A model generated the notes under the pieces. That model saw nothing but the letters and a program-made list of their open reading frames with translations, did not search any database and was not told the origin of the DNA. From NCBI RefSeq assembly GCF_009914755.1, contig NC_060927.1: a stretch of 64,000 nt of DNA. One strand, 5' to 3'. The translations under genes and the position numbers were made by a program. Origin of the DNA: the human T2T-CHM13v2.0 reference genome, Homo sapiens. Of the stretch, positions 37,637 through 57,800 are shown in pieces; positions within the stretch are counted from its first letter, which is position 1; each line of letters opens with the position of its first letter.

Positions 37637-40600
37637 TTAAAATTTTATTCTCCCTGGCTCTTCATTTTTATTTTTTCTAAAGTTTTTATTTTTGATTTTT
37701 ATGGGTACATAGTAGGTATATATATTTATAGGGTACATGGCATATTTTGATACAGGCATACAATGTGTAATAATCACATCAGGGTAAATGGGGTATCCAT
37801 CACTTCAAGCATTTATCATTTCTTTGTGTTACAAATAATCCTATTATACTGTTTTAGTAATTTTTAAATGTACAATAAATTATTGTTGACTGTAGTCACC
37901 CCATTGTGCTATCAAATACTATACCTTATTCATTCTTTCTAATTTTTTTTTTTGTACCCATTAAACATGCTCACTTTTTCTCTCCTTCCCCACTAACCTT
38001 CTCAGCCTCTGGTAACTATCATTCTACTCTCTATCTCCGTGAACTAGATTGTTTTAATTTTTGGCTCCCACAAATGTGTGAGAATATGTGAAGTTTGTCT
38101 TCCTATGCCTGGCTTATTTCACTTAACATAGTGTCCTCCAGTTCCATCCATGTTGTTGCAAATCACAGGATCTCATTCCTTTTTATGAATGACTAGCACT
38201 CCATTATGTACGTGTACCACATTTTCTTTATCCATTCATCCATTTATTCATTGATAGATACTCAGATTGATTCCAAATCTTGGCCGTTGTGAATAGTGCT
38301 GCAATAAACATGGGCGTGCAGATATCTTTTCAATATACTAATTTCCATTCTTTTAAGTCAATACCTAGCAGTGGGATTGCTAGATTATATGGTAGTTCCA
38401 TTTTTAGTTTCTTGAGAAATATCCGTACTGTTCTCCACTGTGGCTTTCCTAATTTACATTCTCACCAATAGTGTACAAGGGTTCCCTTTTCTCCACATCC
38501 TCGCTAGCACTTATTCTTGCCTGTCTTTTGGATAATAACCATTTTAACTGGGGTGAGATGATATTATGTTGTAGTTTTGATTTGCATTTCTTTGATGGTC
38601 AATGATATTGAGCAACTTTTTATATATTTTGCCATTTATATATCTTCTTTTGAGAAATGTCTATTCATATCTTTTCCCCATTTTTAAGTCACATTGTTAG
38701 ATTTTTTTTCCTATTGAATTGTTTGAGTTCCTCATATATTCTGGTTATTAATCTCTTATCAGATGGATAGTTTGCAAATATTTTCTCCTGTTTTGTGGGT
38801 TGTCCCTTCACTTTGTTGATTTCTTTGTTGTACAGAAGCTTTTCAACTTGATGTGATTCCATTTGTCCATTGTTGCTTTGGTGTCCTGTGCTTTTACTCA
38901 AGAAATCTTTGCCGAGACCAATGTCCTGGAGGGTTTCCCCAAAGTTTTCATATAGTAGTTTCATAGTTTGAGGTCTTAGATCCATTTAGAATGGTCTTAG
39001 ATCCTTTCTAAAAAGTCTTTAATCCATTTTGATTTGATTTTTGTATATGGTGCAAGATAGGGGTCTAGTTTCTTTCTTCTGTATATGGATATCCAGTTTT
39101 CCTACTACCATTTATTGAAGAGACTGTCCTTTCCCCAATGTATATTCTTGGCATCTTTGTTGAAAATGAGTTCACTGTAGATATATGGATTTATTTCTGG
39201 GTTTTCTATTCTGTTCCATTGTTCTAGATGTCTGTATGCCAGTACTGTGCTGTTTCAGTTACTATAGCTCTGTAGAATAATTTGAAGTAAGGTAATGTGA
39301 TTCCTCCAGTTTTATTCTTTTTGCTTAGGATAGGTTTGGCTACTCTGGGTCTTTTGTGATTCCATTTAAGTTTTATGATTATCTTTTCTATTTCTGTGAA
39401 GAATGTTACTGGGATTTTGACAGGGATTGAATTGAATCTGTAGATTGCTTTGGGTAGTAGGGGCATCTTAACAATATTGATTCTTCCAATGCATGAACAT
39501 GAAATATCATTCCATTTTTTTGTGTGTCCTCTTCAATTTCTTTCATCAGTGTTTTATAGTTTTTATTGTACAGATTTTTCACTTCTTTGGTTAAGTTTAT
39601 TCGTAGGTATTAAATCTTATTTGTAACTATCGTAAATGGGGTTTACTTCTTGATTTCTTTTTCAAATTGTTTGCTGTTGGCACATAGAAATGCTACTGAT
39701 TTTTGTATGTTAATTTTGTATCCTGCAACTTTACTAAATTTGTTTATCAGTAGTAGTAGTTTTTTGGTGGAGTTTTTAGGATTTTTCAAATATCAGATTA
39801 TATCATCTGCAAACAAAGATAGTTTGGCTTCTTCTTTTCCAATTTGGATGCTCTTTATTTCTTTCTCTTGTCTGATTGCTATAGCTAGGACTTCCAGTAT
39901 TACATTGAAAAGAAGTGGTGATAGTGAGCATCCTTGTCTTGTTTCAGATCTTAGAGGAGATGTTTTCAATTTTTCCCCATTCAGTATGATATTAACTGTG
40001 GGTCTGTCAAATATGGCTCTTATTGTGTTGAGGTGTATTCCTTTTATACCCAGTTTTCTGAGGATATTGATCATGAAGAGATGTTAAATTCTTTCAAATG
40101 CTTTTTTCAGCATTAATTAAAATGATCATATGGTTTTTTGTCCTTCATTCTGCTAATATGATGTATCACATTGATTGATTTGCATATGTTGAAACATCCT
40201 TGCACCTCAGGGATAAAACCCACTTGGCCATGATGAATGATCAGTTTACTGTGTTGTTGAATTCAATTTGCTGGTATTTTTTATTTTTGTATCAATGTTC
40301 ATCAGAGATATTTTCTGTAGTTTTCTGTTTTTGATGTGTCTTTGGCTGGTTTTTGTATCAAGGTATTACTGGCCTCATAGAATGAGTTGGGAAGTATTCC
40401 TTCCTCCTCTATTTTTCAGAATAGCTTGAGTAGGATTGGTATTAGTTCTTCTTTAAATGTTTGGTAAAGTTCGGCAGTGAAACCATAGGGTCCTGGGCTT
40501 TTCTTTGCAGGGAGACTTTTTATTATGGCTTTGATCTCATTGCTTGTTATTGATTTATTCAGGTCTTGGATTTCTTCATGTCTCAATCTTTGTAAGTTGC

Positions 40601-43600
40601 ATGTGTCTAGGAATTTATCCAGTACTTCTAGGATTCCTGACTTATTGGCATATAGTTGTTCATAATAGTCTTTAATGATCCTTTGAATTTTGGCAATATC
40701 AGTTAAATGTTTCCTTTTTCATCTCTGACTTTTTTTTAATTTGGGTCTTCTCTCTTAGTCCAGCTAAAGGTTGGTCAATTTTGTTTATCTTTAAAAAAAA
40801 ACAGCTTTTCATTTTCTTGATCATTTCTATTTTTTGGCTTCAATTTCATTTATTTCTGCTCTGATCTTTATTATTTCTTTTCTCCTAATTTTGGGTTTGG
40901 TTTGCTCTTGCTTTTCTAGTTTTTAAAGACGAATTGTTAGGTTGTTTATTGGACGTTTTTGTACTTTACTGATGTAGGTACTTACTGCTATCAACATTTC
41001 TCTTAGCTCTGCTTTTGCTGTTTTCCATAGGTTTTGTTATGTTTTGTGTCCATTTTTATTTATTTCAAGACATTTAAAAATTTCCTTCTTAATTGCTTCA
41101 TTGACCCACTGGTCATTCAGAAACATATAGTTTAATTTCCATGTGTTTGTATAGTTTCCAATGTTCTTCTTATTATTGATTTCTACTTATTCCATTGAGG
41201 TCAGAGAAGATACTTAATAAAACTCTATGTTTAAAAAAGTTTTAAAGACTTGTTTTGTGGCTTAACATGTGGCCTATCCTTGAGAATGATCCATATGCTG
41301 AGGAGAAGAATGTGTATCCTGCAGCCATTGGATGAAATGTTCTGTAAATATATATTAGGTCCATTTGTTATATAAAGCAGATTAAGTCTGACATTTCTTT
41401 GTTAATTTTCTGTCTTGATGATCTGTTCAGTGCTGAAAATGGAGTGTTGGTAACTCCAGCTATTATTCTACTGGGTTCTATCTTCTCTTTAGTGCTAATA
41501 TTTGCTTTATATGTCTGGGTGCTCCAGTGTTGGGTGCATATTTATAATATTTACTATTGTTATAAGCTTTTGCTCAATTGATCCTTTTATCGTTGTATGC
41601 TGACTTTGTCTCCTTTTATAGTTTTTGTCTTGAAATCTTTTTTTCTAATGTAAGTATAGCTACTCTTGCTATTTTGCAGTTTCCATTTGCATGGAATATC
41701 TTTTCCATTTCCATATTACCAGTTTATTTGTGTCTTTATAGGTGAAGTGTAGCTTCTTGTAGGCAGTAGATCATTATTTTTTAAAAATCCATTCAGCCAC
41801 TCTATGTCTTTTGATTGGAGAGTTTAGTCCATTTACATTCAATATTATTGTTGATAAGTAAGGGCCTATTACTGCCATTTTGTTATGTGTTTTTTGGTTG
41901 TTTTGTGGTCTTCTCTTTTTTCTTTCCTTTCTGTCTTCCTTTTTGTGAAAGTGATTTTCTCTGGTGGTATGTTTTAATTTTGTATTTTTTTTTGTGTGTA
42001 TATCTGTTGTAGGTTTTTAAATTTGAGGTTTCCATGAGGCTTGCACAAATATCTTATAACCCATTATTTTAAACTGATGAAAACTTTGCAAAAACAAACA
42101 AACAAGCAGGAAAAACTAATTAATAAGGACTCCATGCATTAACTTCATCCTCCTGCTTTTTAACTTTTTCTGTTTCTATTTATATCTTATTATATTGTCT
42201 ATGTCTTAAAAAATTGTTGTAATAATTATTTTTGATAGGTTCCTCTTTTAGTCTTCTTACTCAAAATATAAGTAATTTACAGAATAAAATTAGTGTTATA
42301 ATATTCTGTATTTGTCTGTGTACTTACTATTTCCAGTGAGTTTTGTACATTCAGATGATTTTTAATTGCTTGTTAATGTCTTTTTCTTTCATATTTGTAG
42401 AACTCTATTTGCCATTTCTGATGTTAATGAAATCTCAGCTATTGTTTGTCTGGGAAAGTCTTTATTTCTCCTTAATATTTAAAGGATATTTTCTCAGGAT
42501 ATAATATTTTATGATAAAATATTTTTTTTTCTTCAGCACTTTAAATATGTCACGCCACTCTCTCCTGGACTGTAAGGTTTCCACTGAAAAGTCTGCTGCA
42601 AGACATACTGGAGCTTCATTGTAAGTTATTTGTTTCTTTTTTCTTGCTGCTTTTAGTATCCTTTCTTTATTCTTGATCTTTGGGAGTTTGATTATTAAAT
42701 GCCTTGAGGTAGTTTTGTTTGAGTTAAATCTCCTTGACGTTTTATAACCTTTTTGTACTTGAATGTTGATGTCTTTTTCTAGGTTTGGAAAGTCCTCTGT
42801 TATGTGTATCCTGTAGGTGTGCTTCATTATTTTTTATTCCTTTTCTTTTTGTCTCCTCTGACTGTGTATTTTCAAATAGTCTGTCTTTAAGCTCCCTTAT
42901 TATTTCCTCTGGCTGATCAATTCTACTGTTGTGAGACTCTGATACATTCTTCGGTTTTTGATTGAATTTTTTAGCTCCAGCATTTCTACTTGGTTGTTAA
43001 AAATTATTTTAATGTTTTTGTTCAATTTATCTTATAGGATTATGAGTTCTTTCTCTGTGTTATCTTGAATTTTGCTGAATTTCCTCAACACAGCTATTTT
43101 TTTTCCTATTTTCCTTTTTAATTTATTTTTTCTTTTTTTATGCACATGCAATTCCATAACCTATTTTGAATTCTTTGTCTGAAAGGTCACATATCTCTGT
43201 CACTCTGGGACAGAGTGGGATTGATGACTCGTGCCTTATTTAGTTTGGTGAGGTTATATTTTCCTGGATGCTCTTGAGGCTTGTGGATGTTTGTCAATGT
43301 CTAGGCATTGAAGAGTTAGGTACTTATTCTAATGTTTGCAGTCTGGGCTTGTTTGTACCACCCTTCTTGAAAATGCTTTCCAGGTATTCAAGGGGAATTA
43401 GTATTATGATATAGCTCTTTGATCACTACAGCTGTACTGCATTAGGGGGCATCCTAAGCCTACTAATACTGTTACTTTTGCAGACTTGTAGAGGTACCAA
43501 CTTGGGAGAATTCCCTGGATTACCAGGCATAGTCTTTTATTCTCTTCCATTACTTACTCCCAAAGAAATGGAATTTTTGTCTTCATGTACAGCTGTCTGG

Positions 43601-45317
43601 ATTTGGAGGAGGGATGATGCAAGAACTTCCATGGCTACCACTACTGGGACTGTGCTGGATCACACCTGAAGCCAGCACAGTGCAGGTCTCACCCAAGGCC
43701 TGTGGTGACTATTGCTTGGCTACCACTTATGTTTATTCAGGACTTATGGGCTCTTTAGTCAGTAAGTGATAAATCCTGCCAGGCCTGTTTCTTTCCTTTC
43801 CCGGCAGCATGTTCCCTTCTGGCCCAGGTTGGGTCTAGAAATGCTATCCCGGAACTGGGTCCTAGAATTGACTGCTTTAGGAATAGGAATATGCATGGTG
43901 CTTTCTTTTACTGTGGTTGATCTGGTAAGCCAAGTTGCAAGATGAAGTCCTCTTTACTTTTTCTTCTCCTTTTCTCAAGCAGAAGGAGTCTCTCCCTGTG
44001 GCCAGCACTACCCCAGGCCCATGGTGACTATTTCCTGGATACTGCTTATGTTTAATCAGAAGGCGGTGAATCCTTCTAGGCCTGGATCTCTCCCTTCAGG
44101 GAAGTGGGTTCCCTTCTGTCCCAAGGCAGGTCTGCTAAAGCCATCTGTGAGCTAAGGCCTGGAATCATGGACTTTAGGAGTCTGCTTGGTACTATATTTT
44201 ACTGTGGCTGGACTGGAACCCAAGTTGCAAGACAAAGTTCTTTTTACTCTTCTCTCTCCTTTCCTTAAGCAGAAGTCTTTTCCTATATCTATTACAGCTG
44301 GGAATGCACTGGGTCACATCTGAAGCCAGCATGGTACTAGGTCTTGCTCAAGCCTGTGGGAACTATTACCTGGCTACCACTGATGTTTGTTCAGGGCCCA
44401 ATGGCTCTTTAGTCAGCAGGTAATGAATCCTGCCAGGACTGGGTCCTTCCTTTCAGGGCAGCAGGTTCCTTTCTGGTCCAGGGTGGGTCTAGAAATGCTG
44501 TCTGGGAGCTATCTGGAACCTAAAGCCTGGAATGAGGGCTTCAGGACTCTACTTCCTGCTTTATTTTACTGTGGCTAAGCTGGTGGCCAAGTTGTAAGAC
44601 AAAGTTCTCTTTATTATCCTCTCTCTTTTCCTCAAGTAGAAGGAAGGAGTCTCTTTGGGAGCTGCAAGCTCTGCTGCCTAGAATTGCGGGAGGAGTTACA
44701 TAAGAACTCCCTTGGCTGCCCTGACTTTTGTCCCACTGGGTTGCATGCAGTACAACTCCGCTGGCTCTGAGCCCACCACAGCACCACAGCTTGCCCAGGA
44801 ATTGCAGCCCTTGTGGCGTAGTCTGCCTTTCAAATTTATTTATGACCCTGGAGCACTTTAGCCCATAATGGTGGGACTAGTCACAACCCAGGTTCTGACT
44901 GCTGGGATGGATAATTCCCCTCTGGCTAGGGCTATTCTGAATGTCCCCTCCATGAGCACCAGCTGAGTTCTGCCCCTGCATTGCTTTCCACTGTGTCAGG
45001 GTAGCAGTGAGTACCAATGCAAAGTCCCACAATTACTTTACTCTGCTTCTCCTGAGCACATAGATTTTCTTCCTATGCCATGTGACACTGCTGGGGGATG
45101 GTGGAAGGGTGTTGTAGGCAACTCAAGACTGTCCTATCCTATTCAGTGCATGTTTCTTTGATATAATGTTAAAACCAGGTACTGTGATTGCTCACTTGCG
45201 ATATTTGGTTCTTATGAAGGTGCTTTTTTGTGTGGATAGTTGTTCAATTTGATGTTTCTGCGGGGGAGATAATCACTGAAAGGTTCTATATGGCCATCTT
45301 GCTCTGCTTCTGATCTC
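37637..45317 (-). mobile_element. Full-length L1MA (L1MA2/3-like), ~7.7 kb, ORFs decayed
   Basis: 3' end TTTATGGGTACATAGTAGG; ORF2 and ORF1 peptide remnants; 5' start GAGCAAGATGGCC; TSD 15/18 identical (37619-37636, 45318-45335). Confidence 0.92.
43625..44660 (-). repeat. Three diverged ~290-370-bp tandem units in the L1MA 5'UTR
   Basis: Landmark CAAGTTG(C/T)AAGA..AAGT.CT at 43931, 44221 and 44588. Confidence 0.85.
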
Positions 45318-50555
<5,238 letters not shown>

Positions 50556-50559
50556 GTTA

Positions 50560-53250
<2,691 letters not shown>

Positions 53251-54044
53251 TATTACTCTTTATTTTTTTAAATTATACTTTAAGTTCTGGGATACATGTG
53301 CAAAACATGCAGGTTTGTTACATAGGTATATGCGTGCCATAATGGTTTCCTGCACCCATCAACCCATCATCTACATTAGGTATTTTTCCTAATGCTATCC
53401 CTCCCTTGCCCCCGACACCACAACAGGACCTGTTGTGTGATGTTCCCCTCACTGTGCCCATTTGTTCTGCTTGTTCAACTCTCCCTTATGAGTGAGAGCA
53501 TGTGGAGTTTGGTTTTTTGTTCCTGTGTTAGTTTGTTGAGAATGATGGTTTCCAGTTTCATCCATGTCCCTGCAAAGGACATGAACTCATCCTTTTTTAT
53601 GGCTGCACAGTATTCCATGGTGCATATGTGCCACATTTTCTTTATCTAGTATATCATGGATGGGCATTTTGGTTGGTCCCAAGTCTTTGCTATTGTGAAT
53701 AGTGCTGCAATAAACATATGTGTGCATATTTTTATAGTAAAATGATTTATAATCCTTTGGGTATATACCCAGTAATGGGATTGCTGGGTGAAATGGTATT
53801 TCTAGATCCTTGAGGAATCGCCACACTGTCATCCACAATGGTTGAACTAATTTACAGTCCCATCAACAGCATAAAAGCATTTCTATTTCTCCACATCCTC
53901 TCCAGCACCTATTGTTTCCTGACTTTTTAATGATCACCATTCTAACTGGCGTGATATGGTATCTCATTGTGGTTTTGATTTGCATTTCTCTAATGACCAG
54001 TGATGATGACCTTTTTTTTTTCATATGTTTGTTGGCTGCATAAA

Positions 54045-54839
54045 GACAGTTATGCAGCCAAAAGACACATGAAAAAATGTTCATCATCACTGGTCATCAG
54101 AGAAATGCAAATCAAAACCACAATGAGATACCGTCTCACACCAGTTAGAATGGCAATCATTAAAAAGTCAGGAAACAACAGGTGCTGGAGAGGATGTGGA
54201 GAAACAGGAATGCTTTTACGCTGTTGGTGGGAGTGTAAATTCATTCAACCATTGTGGAAGTCAGTGTGGTGATTCCTCAGGAATCTAGAACTAGAAATAC
54301 CATTTGACCCAGCCATCCCATTACTGGGTATATACCCAAAGGATTATAAATCATGCTGCTATAAAGACACATGAACACATATGTTTATTGCGGCACTATT
54401 CACAATAGCAAAGACTTGGAACCAACCTAAATGTCCAAAAATGACAGACTGGATTAAGAAAATGTGGCACATACACACCATGGAATACTATGCAGCCATA
54501 AAAAAGGATGAGTTCATGTCCTTTGCAGGGACATGGATGAAGCTGGAAACCATCATTCTCAGCAAACTATTGCAAGGACAAAAAACCAAACACTGCATGT
54601 TCTCACTCATAGGTGGGAATTGAACAATGAGAACACATGGACACAGGAAGGGGAACATCACACACCCGGGCCTGCTGTGGGGTTGCGGGAGGGGGGTGGG
54701 ATAGCATTAGGAGATATACCTAATGTTAAATGATGAGTTAATGGGTGTAGCACACCAACATGGCACATGTATACATATGTAACAAACCTGCACGTTGTGC
54801 ACATGTACCCTAAAACTTAAAGTATAATTAAAAAAAAAA
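54045..54839 (+). mobile_element. L1PA5-like, 5'-truncated (~0.8 kb), inserted antisense into the L1PA7/8
   Basis: ORF2 C-terminus ...HCMFSLIGGN, 3'UTR, polyA; no TSD, and ~11 bp of host (TGTCTTCTTTT) is missing. Confidence 0.92.
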
Positions 54840-57800
54840 GAAAAGTGTCTGTTCATATCCTTTACCCACTTTTTGATGGGGTTGTTTTTTTCTTGTAAAT
54901 TTGTTTAAGTTCCTTGTAGATTCTGAATATTAATTAGCCCTTTGTCAGATGGATAGATAGCAAAAATTTTCTCCCATTCTGTAAATTGCCTGTTCACTCT
55001 GATGATTGTTTCTTTGACTGTTCAGAAGTTCTGTAGTTTAATTAGGTCCCATTTGTCAATTTTGGCTTTTTTTGGAATTGCTTTTGGTGTTTTAGTCCTG
55101 AAGTCTTTGCTCTCACCTATATCGTGAATGGTATTGCCTAGGTTTTCTTCTAGGGTTTTTATCGTTTTAGGTCTTATGTTTAAGTCTTTAATCCATCTTG
55201 AGTTAATTTTTGTATAAGGTGTAAGGAAGGAGTCCAGTTTCAGTTTTCTGCATATGGCTAGCCAGTTTTTCCAAAACCATTTTTTAAATAAGGAATCCTT
55301 TCCCCACTGCTTGTTTTTATCAGGTTTCTCAAAGATCAGATGATTGTAGATATGTGGCATTATTTCTGAGGCCCCTTGTTCTGCTCCATTGGTCTATATA
55401 TCTGTTTTGGTACCAGTACTATGCTGTTTTGCTTACTGTAGCCTTGTAGTATAGTTTGAAGTCAGGTAGCATGATGTCTCCAGCTGTGTTCTTTTTGCTT
55501 AGGATTGTCTTGGCTATATGGGCTCTTTTTCAGTTCCATATGAAATTTAAAGTAGATTTATCTAATTCTGTGAAGAAAGTCAATGGTAGCCTGATGGGGA
55601 TAGCATTGACTCTATAAATTACTTTGGGCAGTATGGCCATTTTGATGATATTGATTCTTCCTATCCATGAGCATGGAATGTTCTCCATTTGTTTGTGTCC
55701 TCTCATTTCCTTGAGCAGTGGTTTGCAGTTCTCCTTGAAGAGGTCTTTCCCATCCCTTGTAAGTTGGATTCCTAGGTATTTTATTCTGTTTGTAGCAATT
55801 GTGAATGAGAGTTCACTCATAATTTGGCTCTCTGTTTGTCTGTTATTGGTGTATAGGAATGCTTGTGATTTTTGCACATTGATTTTGTATCCTGAGACTT
55901 TGCCAAAGTTGCTTATCAGCTGAAGGAGTTTTTGGGCTGAGACAATGGGGTTTTCTAAATCTACAATCATGTCATCTAAAAACAGAGACAATTTGATTTC
56001 CATGCTTTCTATTTGAATACACTTTATTTCTTTCTCTTGCCTGATTGCCCTGGCCAGAGCCTCCAACACTATGTTGAATAGGAGTGGTGAGAGAAGGCAT
56101 CCTTGTCTTGTGCCAGTTTTCAAAGGCAATGCTTTCAGCTTTTGCCCATTTAGTGATATTGGCTGTGGGTTTGTCAAATACCATTTATTATTTTGAGACA
56201 TGTTCCATCAATACCTAGTTTATTGAGTGTTTTTAGCATGAAGGAGTGTTGAACTTTCAGAAAGGCCTTTTCTGCATCTATTGAGATAATCATGCGGTTT
56301 TTGTCATTGGTTCTCTTTATGTGTTGGATTACGCTTATTGATTTGTGTATATTGAACCAGCCTTGCATCTCAGGGATGTAGCCGACTTGATCATGGTGGA
56401 TAAGCTTTTTGATGTGCTGCTGGATTCAGTTTTTCAGTATTTTATCGAGGATTTTCACATCAACGTTCATCAGGGATATTGGCCTGAAATTTTCTTTTTT
56501 TGCTGTGTCTCTGCCAGGTTTCAGTATCAGGATGATGCTGGCCTCATAAAATGAGTTAGGGAGGAGTCCCTCTTTTTCTATTATTTGGAATAGTTTCAGA
56601 AGGAATGGTACCAGCTCCTCTTTGTATCTCTGGTAGAATTTGGCTGTGAGTTCATCTGGTCTTGGAGTTTTTTTTTTTGGTTGGTAGGCTATTAATTACT
56701 GCCTCAATTTCAGAATGTGTTATTGGTCTATTCAGGGATTCTATTTCTTTCTGGTTTAGTCTTGGGAGGGTGTATGTGTCCAGGAATTTATCCATTTCTT
56801 CTAGATGTTCTAGTTTATTTGCATAGAGTTGTTTATAGTATTCTCTGATGGTTGTTTGTATTTCTCTGGGATCAGCAGTTATATCCCTTTTATCAATTTT
56901 TATTGTGTCTATTTGATTCTTCTCTCTTTTCTTCTTTATTAGTCTGGCTAGCAGTCTGTCTAATTAGATGGTCTAACAAAACTCTGTTCAGTTTTGTTCC
57001 TTCTTTTAAAAAAACCAGCTCCTGGATTCATTGATTTTTTTGAAGGGTTTTTCATGTCTCTATCTCCTTCAGTTCTGCTCTGATCTTAGTTATTTCTTGT
57101 CTTCTGCTAGTTTTTGAATTTGTTTACTCTTGCTTCTCGAGTTCTTTTAATTGTGATGTTAGGGTGTCGATTTTAGATCTTTCCCACTTTCTCATGTGGA
57201 CATTTAGTGTTATAAATTTTCCTCTAAACATGGCTTTAGCTGTGTCTCAAAGAACTTATTTATTTCTGACTTAATTTCGTTATTTACCCAGCAGTCATTC
57301 AGGAGCAGGGTTGTTCAGTTTCCATGTAGTTGTGCAGTTTTGAGTGAGTTTCTTAATCCTGAGTTCTAATTTGATTGCACTGTGGTCTGAGAGACTGTTT
57401 GTTATAGTTTCCATTCTTTTTCATTTGCTGAGGAGTGTTTTACTTCCAATTATGTGGTCAATTTTAGAATAAGTACTATGTGATGCTGTGAAGAATGTAT
57501 ATTCTGTTTACTTGGGGTGGAGAGTTCTGTGGATGTCTATTAGGTCTGCTTCATCCAGAGTTGAGTTCAAGTCCTGAATAACCTTGTTAATTTTTTTTCT
57601 CGTTGGTCTGTCTAATATTGACAGTGGGGTGTTAAAGTCTCCCACTATTATTGCGTGAGAGTCTAAGTCTCTTTTTAGGTCTCTAAGAACTTGCTCTATA
57701 AATCTGAGTCCTCCTGTATTGGGTGCATATAAATTTAGGAGAGTTAGCGCTTCTTGTTGCATTGATCCCTTTACCATTATGTAATGCCCTTCTTTGTCTT

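Noticed and set aside
43625-44660. Tandem units as a CRISPR-like or novel array
   Set aside because: Eukaryotic DNA; long diverged units without unique spacers, lying inside an L1MA 5'UTR.
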